Source of the DNA: Octopus sinensis
Lineage: Eukaryota
Length of the DNA stretch: 59,234 nt
Assembly: GCF_006345805.1 (NCBI RefSeq)
Contig: NW_021832989.1
Coordinates: 1 to 59,234 of the forward strand
Direction: 5' to 3'
Part shown: one piece after another, positions 27,078 through 39,859 of the stretch
Layout of the letters: every line of letters begins with the position of its first letter
How positions within the stretch are numbered: the stretch's first letter is position 1
Notes under the pieces: generated by a model
Databases searched by the model: none
What the model was told of the DNA's origin: nothing
Seen by the model: only the letters and a program-made list of their open reading frames with translations
Translations under genes and position numbers: made by a program

Positions 27078-28352
27078 ATGTAAGAGAGAGAAAGAAACAG
27101 ATAGATTGGTAGAGAGATACAAACAGACATACAGACAGTGATAAACAGAGAGAGACGGAGAGAGTCAGATGGATAAATAGATTTATATATAGATAGAAGC
27201 GAGAAAAAAACTAAGCGTAGACAAAGCGGTATTATAGATTGAAAGAGTGATAGTTTGATAAATCGACTGACTGAGAGATTGGTTGTGGTTGATTATAATG
27301 ATTAGTTGCTTGATTACGACGGTAATAAAACAGTTCCATTCAGATAAAATGATAGATTTTCTTTGTTTCTTTGTGGCTTTCTTTTTACTGTTTTTTTTTT
27401 GGTATATTTTTCTCGAGGTTTTTAATTCTTAATTTCATGACTAATTTTGAAGAGCTGAATTTCGTTTTTCTAGAAAATAAGTACAGATTTCTGTCGTAGC
27501 TTATTCTCGAAGATCGTTAAACAAGTGGTTAAAAAAAACTTTGCTTCACAACCACATACCACTTCACACATTCACACACACTCACATACACTCTCATATA
27601 TGAGTTTGTATGTGTGAATTTATATGTGCGTGTGTAGTTTCATGCTTATATTTCGTACTGATCGATAGAGTATTGGAGCTACGTTGCCTATGGCCCCATG
27701 ACATAGCGATTCGGCCACAATAGAAAATTAATAATTTACGTTTTCTTAATTAAATTTTTTTTTTTACAAATTTGGCAAGCAAAAAAAGATATTGTTCAAG
27801 TTCATTGCAATGTAGAGATATTCGATGCGTTTGTGAGCAGTGAAATGGTCAACACAATGATCCTTTCAGATTCGGTTCTGGGTTTTGTAGAAACACATTA
27901 TCTGAAAATAGCAAATGCTCAGCAAGACTATCATTTGAATGTTATAGGATTCCTTTTTTTCAACTATTCTTTAAGAAGTGTTGAAACAGAAAACCGAATG
28001 AAACGTAAAGTTCTCTTCAATTTTAATTACTACAGAAGTTCTATTAGAAAACTTTTTAATTCATCCAATATCGAAAGCATGAAAGCCAAAGTTGCATAGT
28101 AAAGTTTGCAACCGGTAGCTAACTTGGTGGCATATACATCTTTTCCAGCTTCTGAGTGGAATTTTCATCCTTTGATAGGACTTATTTTTAATTGTGCCGG
28201 GGACCACAATCTTCCTGCATTAATAAATGTAGCTAAGAGATTTGGTCAAGGTTCTTAGAATGTGTTTGCTAAAATAATTAAATTCTAATATATTACAATG
28301 GGAGCATGGTTTTTGTATTTAATCATCTGTAGTGTGTTCACACATGTGTGTA

Positions 28353-28436
<84 letters not shown>

Positions 28437-28844
28437 GAGTATGTATGAGTGGGCGTGCAAAATGCCGGTCTTTGCATACTTATTAGTGTGTATGCTGTGG
28501 TTCACTAGATATGGCTTAAATTTTTGGGGATTTACAAACAAAAATACATTTCATTTTAGCTATTGCTAATCGTTAACTGATTCAATAGTATTTTTTCAGT
28601 ATATATGCATAAATGGGTGTGTGATTTAAGTCGCATGGAGTCGATTTAAGTTGTATGTGTATTTCTGTAAGTTTGTGCGTTTGTGTTGGAATGTGTATGA
28701 CTCGCTTGGTCTTTGGTACATCTTTTTTGTAGTTCAGATTTTTCTTTGACGTGAAACGTATTTTGGTGTATACAGTGTGATAAGCTCACGATCCCAATGT
28801 TTAGAGCATTAAAGAAAAATACTGTAGTATTTTATTATTAATAT

Positions 28845-28846
28845 TA

Positions 28847-28900
<54 letters not shown>

Positions 28901-28917
28901 GATTATTATTATTATTA

Positions 28918-28960
<43 letters not shown>

Positions 28961-28995
28961 GATTATTATTATTATTATCATTATTATTATTATTA

Positions 28996-29027
<32 letters not shown>
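28845..29027 (+). repeat. (ATT)n array with an exact 60-bp higher-order duplication
   Basis: 28861-28920 and 28921-28980 are identical, including the gat and cat interruptions. Confidence 0.9.
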
Positions 29028-29503
29028 GAGTGAGAGAGCAGTTCATGCCATCAAAGTGACACTGGGGTAAAATATACGAAGCCCAATATACCCATCATGA
29101 CTACCCGTCTGATAAAGGTACACCAGGCACATGCATCACGACCATATGTGCGCGACATGGTGATCTCATATCAAGATAAACAGCACATGACCTTGCAGGT
29201 GGGGCCCAGTTAGAATTTTCTTCAGGTTGAGTAGCCCATCCCGCTCAAACGGTCCCCGAATAAGGGTTGTTTAAGGATGTTGAAAGAACCACCCATGTTT
29301 CCAGAGGTGAACTATTCAAACCCCAAGCATCCCTCTCAACACATGGCTATGATGCTCCCCCACTACTTCTGCTCGTGATCAGAGATGCACATATCGTCAG
29401 CCACTAAGGGACATGCTCAACTGGTTAAGGTCAAACAACTGACAAGCAAATCTGTGGTATTGAGCAGAATATTTGCTGTAGCCCATCTTTTATACCAAGA
29501 CAA
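29028..29503 (-). mobile_element. 550-bp (AAT)n-embedded repeat, copy 2 (5'-truncated by ~90 bp)
   Basis: Reverse complement of most of 38561-39113; flanked by (ATT)n on both sides. Confidence 0.9.
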
Positions 29504-29608
<105 letters not shown>

Positions 29609-29817
29609 TATTATTATTATATTATCATTGTTGCTGTTGTTGTTATTCCATCGGTCTCTTGAAACCGCTAAGTTACGGAAATGTAAACAAACCAATACCG
29701 GTCAAGTAGTGATGGAGGACAAACAAACACATACACGCCCACACACACACATACATCACACACACACAAACAGACAAACACACACACATACACACACACA
29801 CGCACACACACATATGT

Positions 29818-29967
29818 ATGAAGGGTTTCTACTAGAGCCACTCAAAAGGATTTGGTCGGCTGGATTCTATTGTAGGAGACACTCTCCCAAGGTGCCACCC
29901 AGTGGGACTGCACCCGGAACCATGTGGTTGAGAGGCAAACATCTTATCATTCAGCCATGCCTGCGCC
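29818..29967 (-). mobile_element. SINE family B
   Basis: Minus strand starts ggcgcaggcatggctg...caaccacatggttccgggtgcagtcccactg. Confidence 0.75.
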
Positions 29968-30007
29968 TAAGTAGATGGATAGATAGATAGATACGTACAT
30001 ACATACA

Positions 30008-30038
<31 letters not shown>

Positions 30039-30662
30039 GCATGCATACACATATACATACATACATACAGGCATGCATACATATGCATGTATACACACAT
30101 ACATATATGCATGCATACATATATACATACATATGTGTCTCCCTAATGTCTTACACTTTAAGATTTACACTTCTCATACAGTTGCTTCTCATACAATAAA
30201 TTGATAAAAAAGTTTTTTTCGATACTTATGACACAGATGATATTAATATCAATAAAAACAACCCCAGAATATCATCATCATAAACAGCAATAATTATATA
30301 ATAATATTAAAAGTAATATAAAAATAGTAACAACAATAAATACTATTGTTTCTATCACAATCATCATCTACACAACGTTATTCTTATGAAAATAAAAATA
30401 AAATCAAAAAGCTTCTCCAGTCGGTTTAATTATCGCTTCAAAAATAACAGCACCAAATTCTATTTTGTTTATCAAAATGATTCTATATTAAAACAAGGTG
30501 TCTTCAGACCTTTAATCAAATTCTTTTTTTTTTTAAATCATTTTTCGTTATTTGTTTGTAGAGAAAATTTAATTATTTTAGCTAGTTGAAGAGATAATAA
30601 AAATAATAACAACTATAACAGCAGCAGCAGCAACAACAACAACAACGATGACGACGACGATA

Positions 30663-30699
<37 letters not shown>

Positions 30700-30959
30700 C
30701 TCTTATTAGCCAACGGAGCATAGGGAAACTGATTTCATCATAGATATTGCATGTTCTGGTGATGACTGAATATTGGAAAATAAGTACCAGTGCTCAACTA
30801 GTACAGATTTGAGCACTGGGGTCGTTGTAATAATAATAATGATAAACATCATGAAAATCATAATGATATCTTATATTTGTTACCTCTGCGAAGAATGGGG
30901 TGGACAATATAAAGGCAGATAGAAAGTGTGGGGGTTTACATATAATGAAATGACAAAAA

Positions 30960-30996
<37 letters not shown>

Positions 30997-31129
30997 CATA
31001 CACAGTATACAATAAAACAAAGAAGGAAATCACACATAGTATACAATAGTAAAAAGAAAGAACGAAGGATAAAAAGTCGGGACTGATAGTGTTGTTGGCC
31101 CCTGATACAGGAGGACCTCTAGGCATAAT

Positions 31130-31310
31130 CGAGGAATCTCACTCGAGGACCGCAACTTCCTCTCCACCCTCATTTTCTTTTTCAAATGAAAGTTGAAAAC
31201 TTCGATGAGGTCTCTATCATAGAGGTATGTCTCTGTCCTCATGCCTTTCAGTATCGTCCACCAGACAACCTCGTTTGCCATCGCCACCGGGCAAAGAAAA
31301 AGGGCCTTAC
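31130..31310 (-). mobile_element. L1/Tx1-clade LINE C-terminal fragment
   Basis: AMANEVVWWTILKGMRTETYL...FHLKKKMRVERK parallels LVAMTKEVVW...ETFL of the 24943-25552 copy. Confidence 0.6.
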
Positions 31311-31849
31311 CAGCTCGATTAAAAACTTCACTATCTTATAATTTTCCATGCCCAAACACGCAAGCAATTATCCTTCATATAACTTTAAAAACTTCAATGT
31401 TTACAATTTTCTGTGACTATTTAAAATTTCTTTTTTTTCATTTCCACTATTCGAATACGTAAACATGTATTTTATAGCAAGAACACCCTTAGATTCCTCC
31501 GGCTATCAAACTGGAGTAACTTCAAAATTAAGTGACACTCTGTGATTAATTTTTTTTTAAATTCTTTCTTTTTTTTTTCTAGCATCTAGAACACGCAGAC
31601 ATTCTGCTTTTATATCCAGGAAAAATTGAAACGCCTCCAAAACTCAGAACTGTTTCAGAAATAATAACAAACGCAGAAGATAGCGATTAACATATTTACA
31701 TATTGCACAATTACGAAAACTGTAAAGCGCAGCAAACTTCATATAATATTGTAAAAAAAAAAATCATGGATGTATATATTTTTCTATCGGTAATTGAAAC
31801 AGAACAAAGTAAATCAGTTTTCTTCAAAATCTCTCACTACTCTCATTAA

Positions 31850-32221
31850 TCTCTCTCTATATAAACGGCAGTTTGTCTGTGCGTGTTTCTGTGTGTCTGT
31901 TTGCTTGTACCCTCACCCTGACCACGGCTTTCAACCGATTCTGATGAAACTTGACACACACATAGCCCAATGTCATAATTCAAAACTAACGCAGCGAAAA
32001 TTTTGAAAAGTTCCCCCAGTTCTGAAAAAAATCGATAAATTCGACAATCAGAAACACAAACCGCAAACTGTCTAGGGGACGCAACTCCACCTTTTTTAAC
32101 TAAAAAAAAAATTTAACATCATTTTTTTCCATTTTTTTGTTATTTTTTGGCTATAACTCTCTAAAAATGCTTTATAGTTATTTCCCTTACAAACCTGAGC
32201 AACGCCGGGCGATACTGCTAG
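31850..32221 (+). mobile_element. Non-autonomous Helitron-type element
   Basis: Starts TC after an A, ends CTAG before a T, with a short GC hairpin (cctgagcaacgccggg, 32194-32209) just before the end. Confidence 0.7.
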
Positions 32222-32779
32222 TCAGTAATAAACACATTTTGCTGACCACATGGGTGCAACCACTCTTTTTTCACTTTCAGCTCAACATCTATAGAATCTG
32301 TTTAGACTAATGATATCTAACTATATGTCCGCCAAACTGTGTCTCTTCCCCAACTCTTATGCACTTATGACTGCCTCAAACACAAGGCAAGAGTTGTAGC
32401 CAGTAACATTTAATAATTGTACACAGTTGTAGGAGCAAAGACAGCATCTCAGCAACAGCAGCAACGACTCATAAAGTAACAACAATTACATCTATGATAT
32501 CTATACCATTACCATGGCTACAGAATGTAGCCACAAGGACAAAAATAATGACAACAATAATGGGGATCAGCAATAGCCACAACGACTAAAATAGCATAAA
32601 AATAGTAAATGTAACGGCAATAAAAATAATGGTAATAATAATGGTGGTGATGATAACGGTAGAGATAATAATAGTCGTTTCTTTATTAGCCATACAGGGT
32701 TCAATAATAATAATATTAACGTGGCATAAAATGTTTTATTACACACAAAGGAAAATTAAAACAATACACCAAATCGTTT

Positions 32780-34215
32780 TGTCCTATAGTTAATCTTGAA
32801 GTGCGTCTCTTAGCAAAGAACCAACCTAAAGTTGAAAAGTCATCTTCTGGCACAAACTCTTCTCCGAAACGAACTTGGATGGCCATTAAACGGTAACTTC
32901 CCAATATCGAGTCCTCAAAGTTTACCACCTCAGCCACCACAAAAAAGAAAAATAACGTAAAAAAGTAATATACACTTATTACTATGCATTAAGTAGACCA
33001 TCCCTAGAGAGACACACCGCAAACTCATGAAATATGGAGAACATGAAATCAAGGTAGCAGACCATATTTAGCTGAAAATAACTTAGTAAATGTTATGAGG
33101 GATATCTTCAGAAATAATCGTGATCAAGTACGCAGCGGAAAATACCTAAATATAAGACAGGAAGGAAATGAAGAATCGGATTAAGAGAGTAACCTTCCAT
33201 GAGTCTTAATTGAAAGACTATCAACTGACTAAATTCTAATGAGCTTGATAACGATAGTCAGAAAAGTATTAAAGAAAGTATTTGAAGACCATAGACAGGG
33301 TCTATGATGGAAATGAAGCAGAAAATTCTGAATGAACTTGCTGTTGTAAGACATACAAATATGAACGATAAAATCCCTCTATGAACTCTCACATACACAC
33401 CAAAATAAAAATAAATTGTGTAACGAAAGAAATCGTATAAGAATTAAAATCTGACCATACTGAGTTAAATGAAATTATTTAAATATTTGCTAAGGTAATT
33501 AAAACAAGTTGTTTCCTTCAAAAAGAAAAAGCCCCTCAGAAGAAATCCAAACTGGAAAAATTAAATTGAAAACAAATTGAAACAATGAGAGGAGAAATAT
33601 CAATATTAAATGAAGTAATCTGTGGAAAAGATGTAAGATCCAGAAAAGGAAGGGAGATGAAGAGAAAATATGGATTCTCACCAAGAGAAGAACTGATATC
33701 AACAAAAGAAACGCTGAAGCAAAGTGTTGAAGGAAAAACCCAAAGAACACGAAGATATGAAAAAAGAAACAAATTTTACAAGCAAAATAAGCTGTTCACA
33801 TCAAATGAAAAAATATTCTACAGAGAAAATAAGCTCCCGAGAAAGAAGTTGAAAACTTTTGGAAGATTTGGAGTAATCAGAATTCATACAATGAAACTGC
33901 AGATTGGATTAGATGCAGAGAAGGATCCTACCAAAGATTACAAGAACAAGCATGGGAAGACGTTACAATAGCAGGCCTAAGGAAGACCCTCATGGAAGCT
34001 TCTAAGTAGACAGGGTGCCAAATTTCTAACTCTCATCGCTCCAGTGCACGCAAGAAAAGTTAGTTTAGCTGGCCAATGAAGTTATGAGAGATCCTTAGAA
34101 ATCACTTGACTGGTTAGCAAGTGGTATTACTTGACTACTCCCAATGAATAATGAATCTAAAGTTCCAAAAAACCTATAAGTCTATTATCTGTTTATCTGC
34201 CACTTGTAACAAGCA
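32780..34215 (+). mobile_element. R4/Dong-clade LINE fragment 1 (N-terminal region to start of RT), decayed
   Basis: KTQRTRRYEKRNKFYKQNKLF (ORF 33585-33971), WLASGIT and SIICLSAT parallel the motifs in the other Dong copies. Confidence 0.75.
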
Positions 34216-34216
34216 C

Positions 34217-36470
34217 AAGTGGATTTCCTGAATCTTGCAAGACAGGCATTAGGGAAAGCTTTAGAACAGACAGAAAGAAGTCCTGGAATAGCCTCACAAA
34301 TTCGCAGCGTTACGCACTACGTCGAGTAGCTAATAGTGATTCTATTGTTATTAATATGGCGGGTAAACGAGGCGCTATTATAATTATAGACACGAGTGAG
34401 TATATTTCGGCTTATGAAGAAGTTTTAAGAGACAAAACTTCACATGAAGAATTACCCGGCGATCCAAATCCCAATTACAGAGAGGAACTTGACAAAATAT
34501 TCTGGAAATGGAGGTAAACAATTTCATTAATAAAACTGAATCTTAGAGTTTACAGAGTCAGAACAAAGAAAACCTGTATTTTATGGTCTCTCCAAAATAC
34601 ACAAAAAGTTCGAAAGATTTCCTCTAATGCGCTCAATTTGCAGTAGACATGGCGTACAAAAACATTTGCATGTTTTCAGCCCACATTTCGGAGTGGCTGG
34701 ATGGCTTTCTACTCCTTGTAGCAAGATCAAGTCACTATATTCAGGATACCTTTGATTTTACCAACTTTTCCAAGCACGGAAGTAGTATGGAAAACTGGGG
34801 GTTATTTTGGTAACCATGGATGTTTTATTCAATATACTCCAATATTGACACGATGAGGGAGTGGAAGCATGCATGAATGTCTTTGAAAAACGGTCAAGCA
34901 AAAGTATTCCATCTCATTTTCTCTGTAAGTTATTGAAGATTTTGCGCCATGGTTACCCTCATGGCAGTTAATTTCGCTAATGTCTTCATGGGGAACTTTG
35001 CGACACAGTTAATAAATACATTCAAATCTCTGCGTGGTCATGAACCGATACTCTGGTTACAATTCATTGATGACTGTTTATCTTGTCCGCGAAGGATCAC
35101 AGGACAGTTTAATTAACTTCTTGCATTTCTGTGACTGTTACTTTGTAAACTATGGTTTTTAAGTCTAATATAAGATTTACGTCTAGTTTTAAAAACACAG
35201 TCCTCCAGTTTTTGGACACAAAAGTTAAGTTTTCTGGAAGCAGAACAGTGACAATGTTATTTTGCATGCCCACGGCATCCAACATTTTCCTTCATCGCTG
35301 TTCTGATTATCCGTATCATATAATTTAAGGCAAATCCGAAATCCCAATTTTTGTGGATAAAATGGATTTATACTGATATAGGGGATTACTAGAAACATGC
35401 AAATGCTTTTGTAGGCCATTATGCCAAACTCAGTTATAGTGAATCATGATTAAAGGGAATCGCAATGACATAGCTAAAATAATAGCAAATAATGTCAAAC
35501 TTCCATGCATAATTTTAGCAACCAAAGTAAAATTTGTGATGGAATATCTTTAGTGATTAACTGGCACCAGAATTTCGCTGGCTTTTCAAAAGTGTTGCAT
35601 AAAAATTACTAACATATTGCAGAAAAATATCCCCGCTTCAAGCAAATATTCCCTCAGCCGCCTATTGTAACCTTTAGACGGTATCAAAATATAAGGGAAT
35701 TATTAACCACTACCCTAGGAACCCCATCATTGGAGTTTCTGAACGTTGCACCTCGAAAAATAGCCGCAAGAGAGGTAAATCCTGATCACTGTGCAACAAC
35801 ATGAGTCAGGTCAATTCCATCAGGAATCATAATAGAAAGGTTATGATTTGTACGGAAGATTCCCATTTGGTGTACGCGGCACAATGCATTACACATAACT
35901 TGATTTATGTTGATTGTACAATAAAACAATTAAATAAAATATTCAATGGGCAGAAATATGACGTCAGGCACAGTAGCATTAGTTCGACCAAACTTGCTGA
36001 ACATTTCACGTCAAACGGCTGCAATTTTGAAAAAGACTTGCAAGTGCATATTCTCAGAAAATATTCTGAATCTACTACATTTTCAGTCCTCAAAATGCAT
36101 GAGGACAAATATATCTGTGAATTATTAACATCACACCCTGAAGGAATGAATTCAATCATATTTACACAAAACTGTTCGCCGAAATTTTCTTTGCCCTCTT
36201 TTTCCCCATTTTCCTTTTCTTTTTTCTTTTTCTTTTACCAGTTACAAAATTGAAAACTAACGATGCCATTCTATCAAAATAGGATTGCAGGATTTCCTCA
36301 TTTAGATTTTGAATTTCTGTGATTGTTTTAATTTTAAATTGTGTACCTGAAGAAGACAGACGATCTGTTAAAACGTCGTTCGAACTTCTAAAAGACAAAC
36401 AAGCAATCTATTACTAATCGCATCGCCATGTTCGTATTGTTTGTTTACCTTCGTGAAAAGTTACGTCAAA
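34217..36470 (+). mobile_element. Penelope-like element (RT plus GIY-YIG), decayed, with terminal hammerhead-like motif
   Basis: FYGLSKIHK (~34578), TLMAVNFANVFMG (~34955), WLQFIDD (~35053), and GIY-YIG-type LVYAAQC...IYVDCT...LAEHF...HEDKYICEL...PEGMN (ORF 35801-36253). Confidence 0.85.
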
Positions 36471-36486
36471 CCTTATAAATCAATAA

Positions 36487-36533
<47 letters not shown>

Positions 36534-37126
36534 TAATAATAATAATAATAATTTCCTCGCCAAAGCGCAAAGAATCCGCCGGTACGAGAAACGTCAACGT
36601 TCCTTTGAACAAAACAAACAGTTCGTCTCCAACCCCAAAAGATTCAACCAAGAACTTGGCAAAAATAAAATAGAGATCAATACAACACCAACAGCAGAAG
36701 TGGAAGAATTTGGGAAAGAAATATGGTTGGCGAAGGAACAACGTCAGAAAATAGAAAAGACCTATCAAAACAGCGAACACAGTACCTGACCAACTCTGGA
36801 CCACTATAACAACTGAAGAGGTCACACAGGCACTACAAAAACTAAGCAACTGGAAGGCATCCGGGTACGATAAGATACCCAACTTCTGGTTAAAATACCT
36901 AACAAGAACACATAAAAAAGCTGGCTGAGGAATTTAATGAAATACTTGCAGAGCCGGAGACAATGCCTGAATGGCTCACGGAAGGGAAAGCTATCCTAAT
37001 TCTCAAATCCACTAAAACGGCAAACCCACAAAATTACAGACCGATAATTTTTCTTCCTACAATTTACATAACCTTTACTGCAATAATATCGCAAAGAATG
37101 GGTAAACATCTGGAAGAAAACAATCA

Positions 37127-37321
37127 GAAAAAATTCTAACTGGGCCCCAACTGCAAGGTCATGTACTGTTTATGTTGATATGAAATCACCATGTCACGCA
37201 CATATGCTTCTGATGCATGTGCCTAGTGTACCCTTATCAGGTGGGTAGTCATGATGGGTATACTAGGCTTCGTATATTTTATCTCAGTGTCAATTTAATG
37301 ACATGCACTGTTCTCTCTCTC
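37127..37321 (+). mobile_element. 3' third of the 550-bp repeat inside Dong fragment 2
   Basis: aaattctaactgggcccc...gcaaggtcatgt...ctctctctc followed by (aat)4; matches the end of 38561-39113. Confidence 0.85.
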
Positions 37322-38122
37322 AATAATAATAATGTTGATATTGATGAAAACTGGTCTTATTACCAAATGCATAATGTGCAACAAACACAATGAGACAGTT
37401 GACCACATCCTCTCTGTACATTCCTTGCTAAATCTAAATATATATACAAATATGACCGAGTAAGTAATTATATCCCTTGTATATAATGCCAATACTACTA
37501 CATAAAAACTGACGATAAATGGTAGAAACGTGTGCCAAACAAGGTACCTGACAATGACCAAACCGAAATCATCTGGAACATATGTATTCAAACTGACAAA
37601 GAAGTAAAAAAGCTAATCGGTCAGACATAATAATGAAGGACTGGAAAAATAAACACCTGCTTCCTGATAGACATTGCAGTCCCTTCTGATTAAGATATTT
37701 TTCCAAAAAAGGAGAGTAGAAATTGTCAAAGTACAAAGACCTCGAAATTGAAGCATTAAGGATTTGGGACATGAAGCTGAAAACAATACCGGTAATAATT
37801 GGAGTATTCGGCATGATAAAAAAAAACATGAACAAAAACATAGAAACTATACCTGGACACTCAATACTATACACTATCCAAAGGATATCCCTGCCAGGAA
37901 CAGCCATTACCATACGCAAGACATTATCAAATCAACAATACAACCCAAGCAAAACTATCCACAAACATAAGACACACTCTATATAGCAAATATCCAATAA
38001 AATAAACAACCACCAGCAGATCGATTACCCAACTCCTGACACACAACGCACAATATAAACACTAATACAACAAAAGAGTGCAGCATTCCCCACAACAAAA
38101 GAAACCGAGGCAATAAAATACC

Positions 38123-38352
38123 TATTTCTTTATTACCCACAAGGGGCTAAACACAGAGGGGACAAACAAGGACAAAAATAGGTATTAAGTCGATTACATT
38201 GACCCCAGTGCGTAACTGGTCCTTAATTTATCGACCCCGAAAGGATGAAAGGCAAAGTCGACCTCGGCGGAATTTGAACTCACAACGTAACGCAGACGAA
38301 ATACCGCTAAGCATTTCGCCCGGCGTGCTAACGTTTCTGCCAGCTCACCGCC
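38123..38352 (-). mobile_element. SINE family A, full length, with 16-bp TSD
   Basis: Minus strand starts ggcggtgagctggcagaaacgttagc...gagttcaaattcc (A and B boxes). TSD gaggcaataaaatacc at 38107-38122 and 38353-38368. Confidence 0.92.
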
Positions 38353-38483
38353 GAGGCAATAAAATACCGGGGAGAGTTTGCACGCCCTCACCCCCAAATA
38401 GAACATACAATGCTACAAACACTCCAGCAACACGGGGGTGTAGCAGGTTATGCAGTAGAAATTTGCTTGTAACTACCAAATGT

Positions 38484-38557
<74 letters not shown>

Positions 38558-38560
38558 GAT

Positions 38561-39113
38561 GCCCTGATGCAGTACCAGGCAGTGGCTCTCATGGCTTCTG
38601 ATCTTAACTGATTGGAAGTGTTATCATGTACATTGTTTTGTCTTGGTATAAAAGATGGGCTACAGCAAATATTCTGCTCAATACCACAGATTTGCTTGTC
38701 AGTTGTTTGACCTTAACCAGTTGAGCATGTCCCTTAGTGGCTGACGATATGTGCATCTCTGATCACGAGCAGAAGTAGTGGGGGAGCATCATAGCCATGT
38801 GTTGAGAGGGATTCTTTGGGGTTTGAATAGTTCACCTCTGGAAACATGGGTGGTTCTTTCAACATCCTTAAGCAACCCTTATTCAGGGACCGTTTGAGCG
38901 GGATGGCTACTCAACCTGAAGAAAATTCTAACTGGGCCCCACCTGCAAGGTCATGTGCTGTTTATCTTGATATGAGATCACCATGTCGCGCACATATGGT
39001 TGTGATGCATGTGCCTGGTGTACCTTTACCAGACGGGTAGTCATGATGGGTATATTGGGCTTCGTATATTTTACCCCAGTGTCACTTTGATGGCATGAAC
39101 TGCTCTCTCACTC
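38561..39113 (+). mobile_element. 550-bp (AAT)n-embedded repeat, copy 3 (full length)
   Basis: Near-identical to 4102-4650; (AAT)n on both sides. Confidence 0.9.
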
Positions 39114-39153
39114 AATAATAATGATAATAATAATAATAATAACATTGTTGTTG

Positions 39154-39192
<39 letters not shown>

Positions 39193-39859
39193 TATTATTA
39201 TTATTATTATCATTATTATTATTATTAACTCCGGGTTAAATGACACATATTAGCTCCGGGCTAAATAACAACATGAATATACACTAAGAAACTCTCTCCC
39301 CAAAACACACTCATTCCAATAACATTGGTGCAATGGAAGGAAAACTTCGCAATACAACTGTGGGAAAATGTCTGCTAAAGCAGAGAAAGTAAAAAGAAAA
39401 CGGAAAGATTTTTGTCATATAAATTGTAGTTTCTTTCTTAAATGAACGATATCTCAATGCAACTTATCCGAGAAGTCGAAACCAACTGCAGTAAACCTGG
39501 AAAAACACCACTTACACAGTAAGAACCTAGTTTGAATAATTGCCTATATATGCAACTGTTCACGCCTCCATGTGCACATATAATATTTAATATTTAATAT
39601 AATAGTTAATATCTATAAGCAACATAAATAATGCCTACACGACACACACGCATACACACGGAAGATAAAAGAAAAAACCACGTTTCACGAGCGGCGCCGT
39701 GACAAGCAAAAACCAAGCGACTTCCTACAAACGAACATAAAAAAGAGTAAATTAGTCACAAAGTTTAAAGCATCACCAAAGTTATGCCGGGAAACATAGC
39801 AACGAGAAAAAAAAAAGAGCGGCGATTTTCGATCTGTCAGCCTACGATATTATAATTAT

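Larger units (their letters stand above)
36552..38486 (+). mobile_element. R4/Dong-clade LINE fragment 2: 5'-truncated, RT core missing, zinc knuckle, restriction-like endonuclease and 3' end present
   Basis: AKAQRIRRYEK, DKIPNFWLK, NYRPI, then CIMCNKHNETVDHIL and KYKDLEIEALRIWDMKLKTIPVIIGVFG; bounded by (AAT)n at both ends. Confidence 0.85.

Noticed and set aside
27833-28099. 88-aa ORF in non-microsatellite sequence
   Set aside because: Starts at a non-ATG codon, has no recognisable domain and no convincing splice pair.
30715-31135. Very decayed Dong-type endonuclease remnant (FIIDIACSGD, NKYQ)
   Set aside because: Too short and fragmented to support as a feature.
32780-38486. Dong-1 and Dong-2 as one element split by the PLE
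   Set aside because: Both cover the same protein interval (RxRRYEK to the NYRPI region) with different sequences, so they are independent insertions.
38561-38640. HDV-like ribozyme at the 5' end of the 550-bp repeat
   Set aside because: Only a simple short hairpin could be drawn; no nested double pseudoknot was found by eye.
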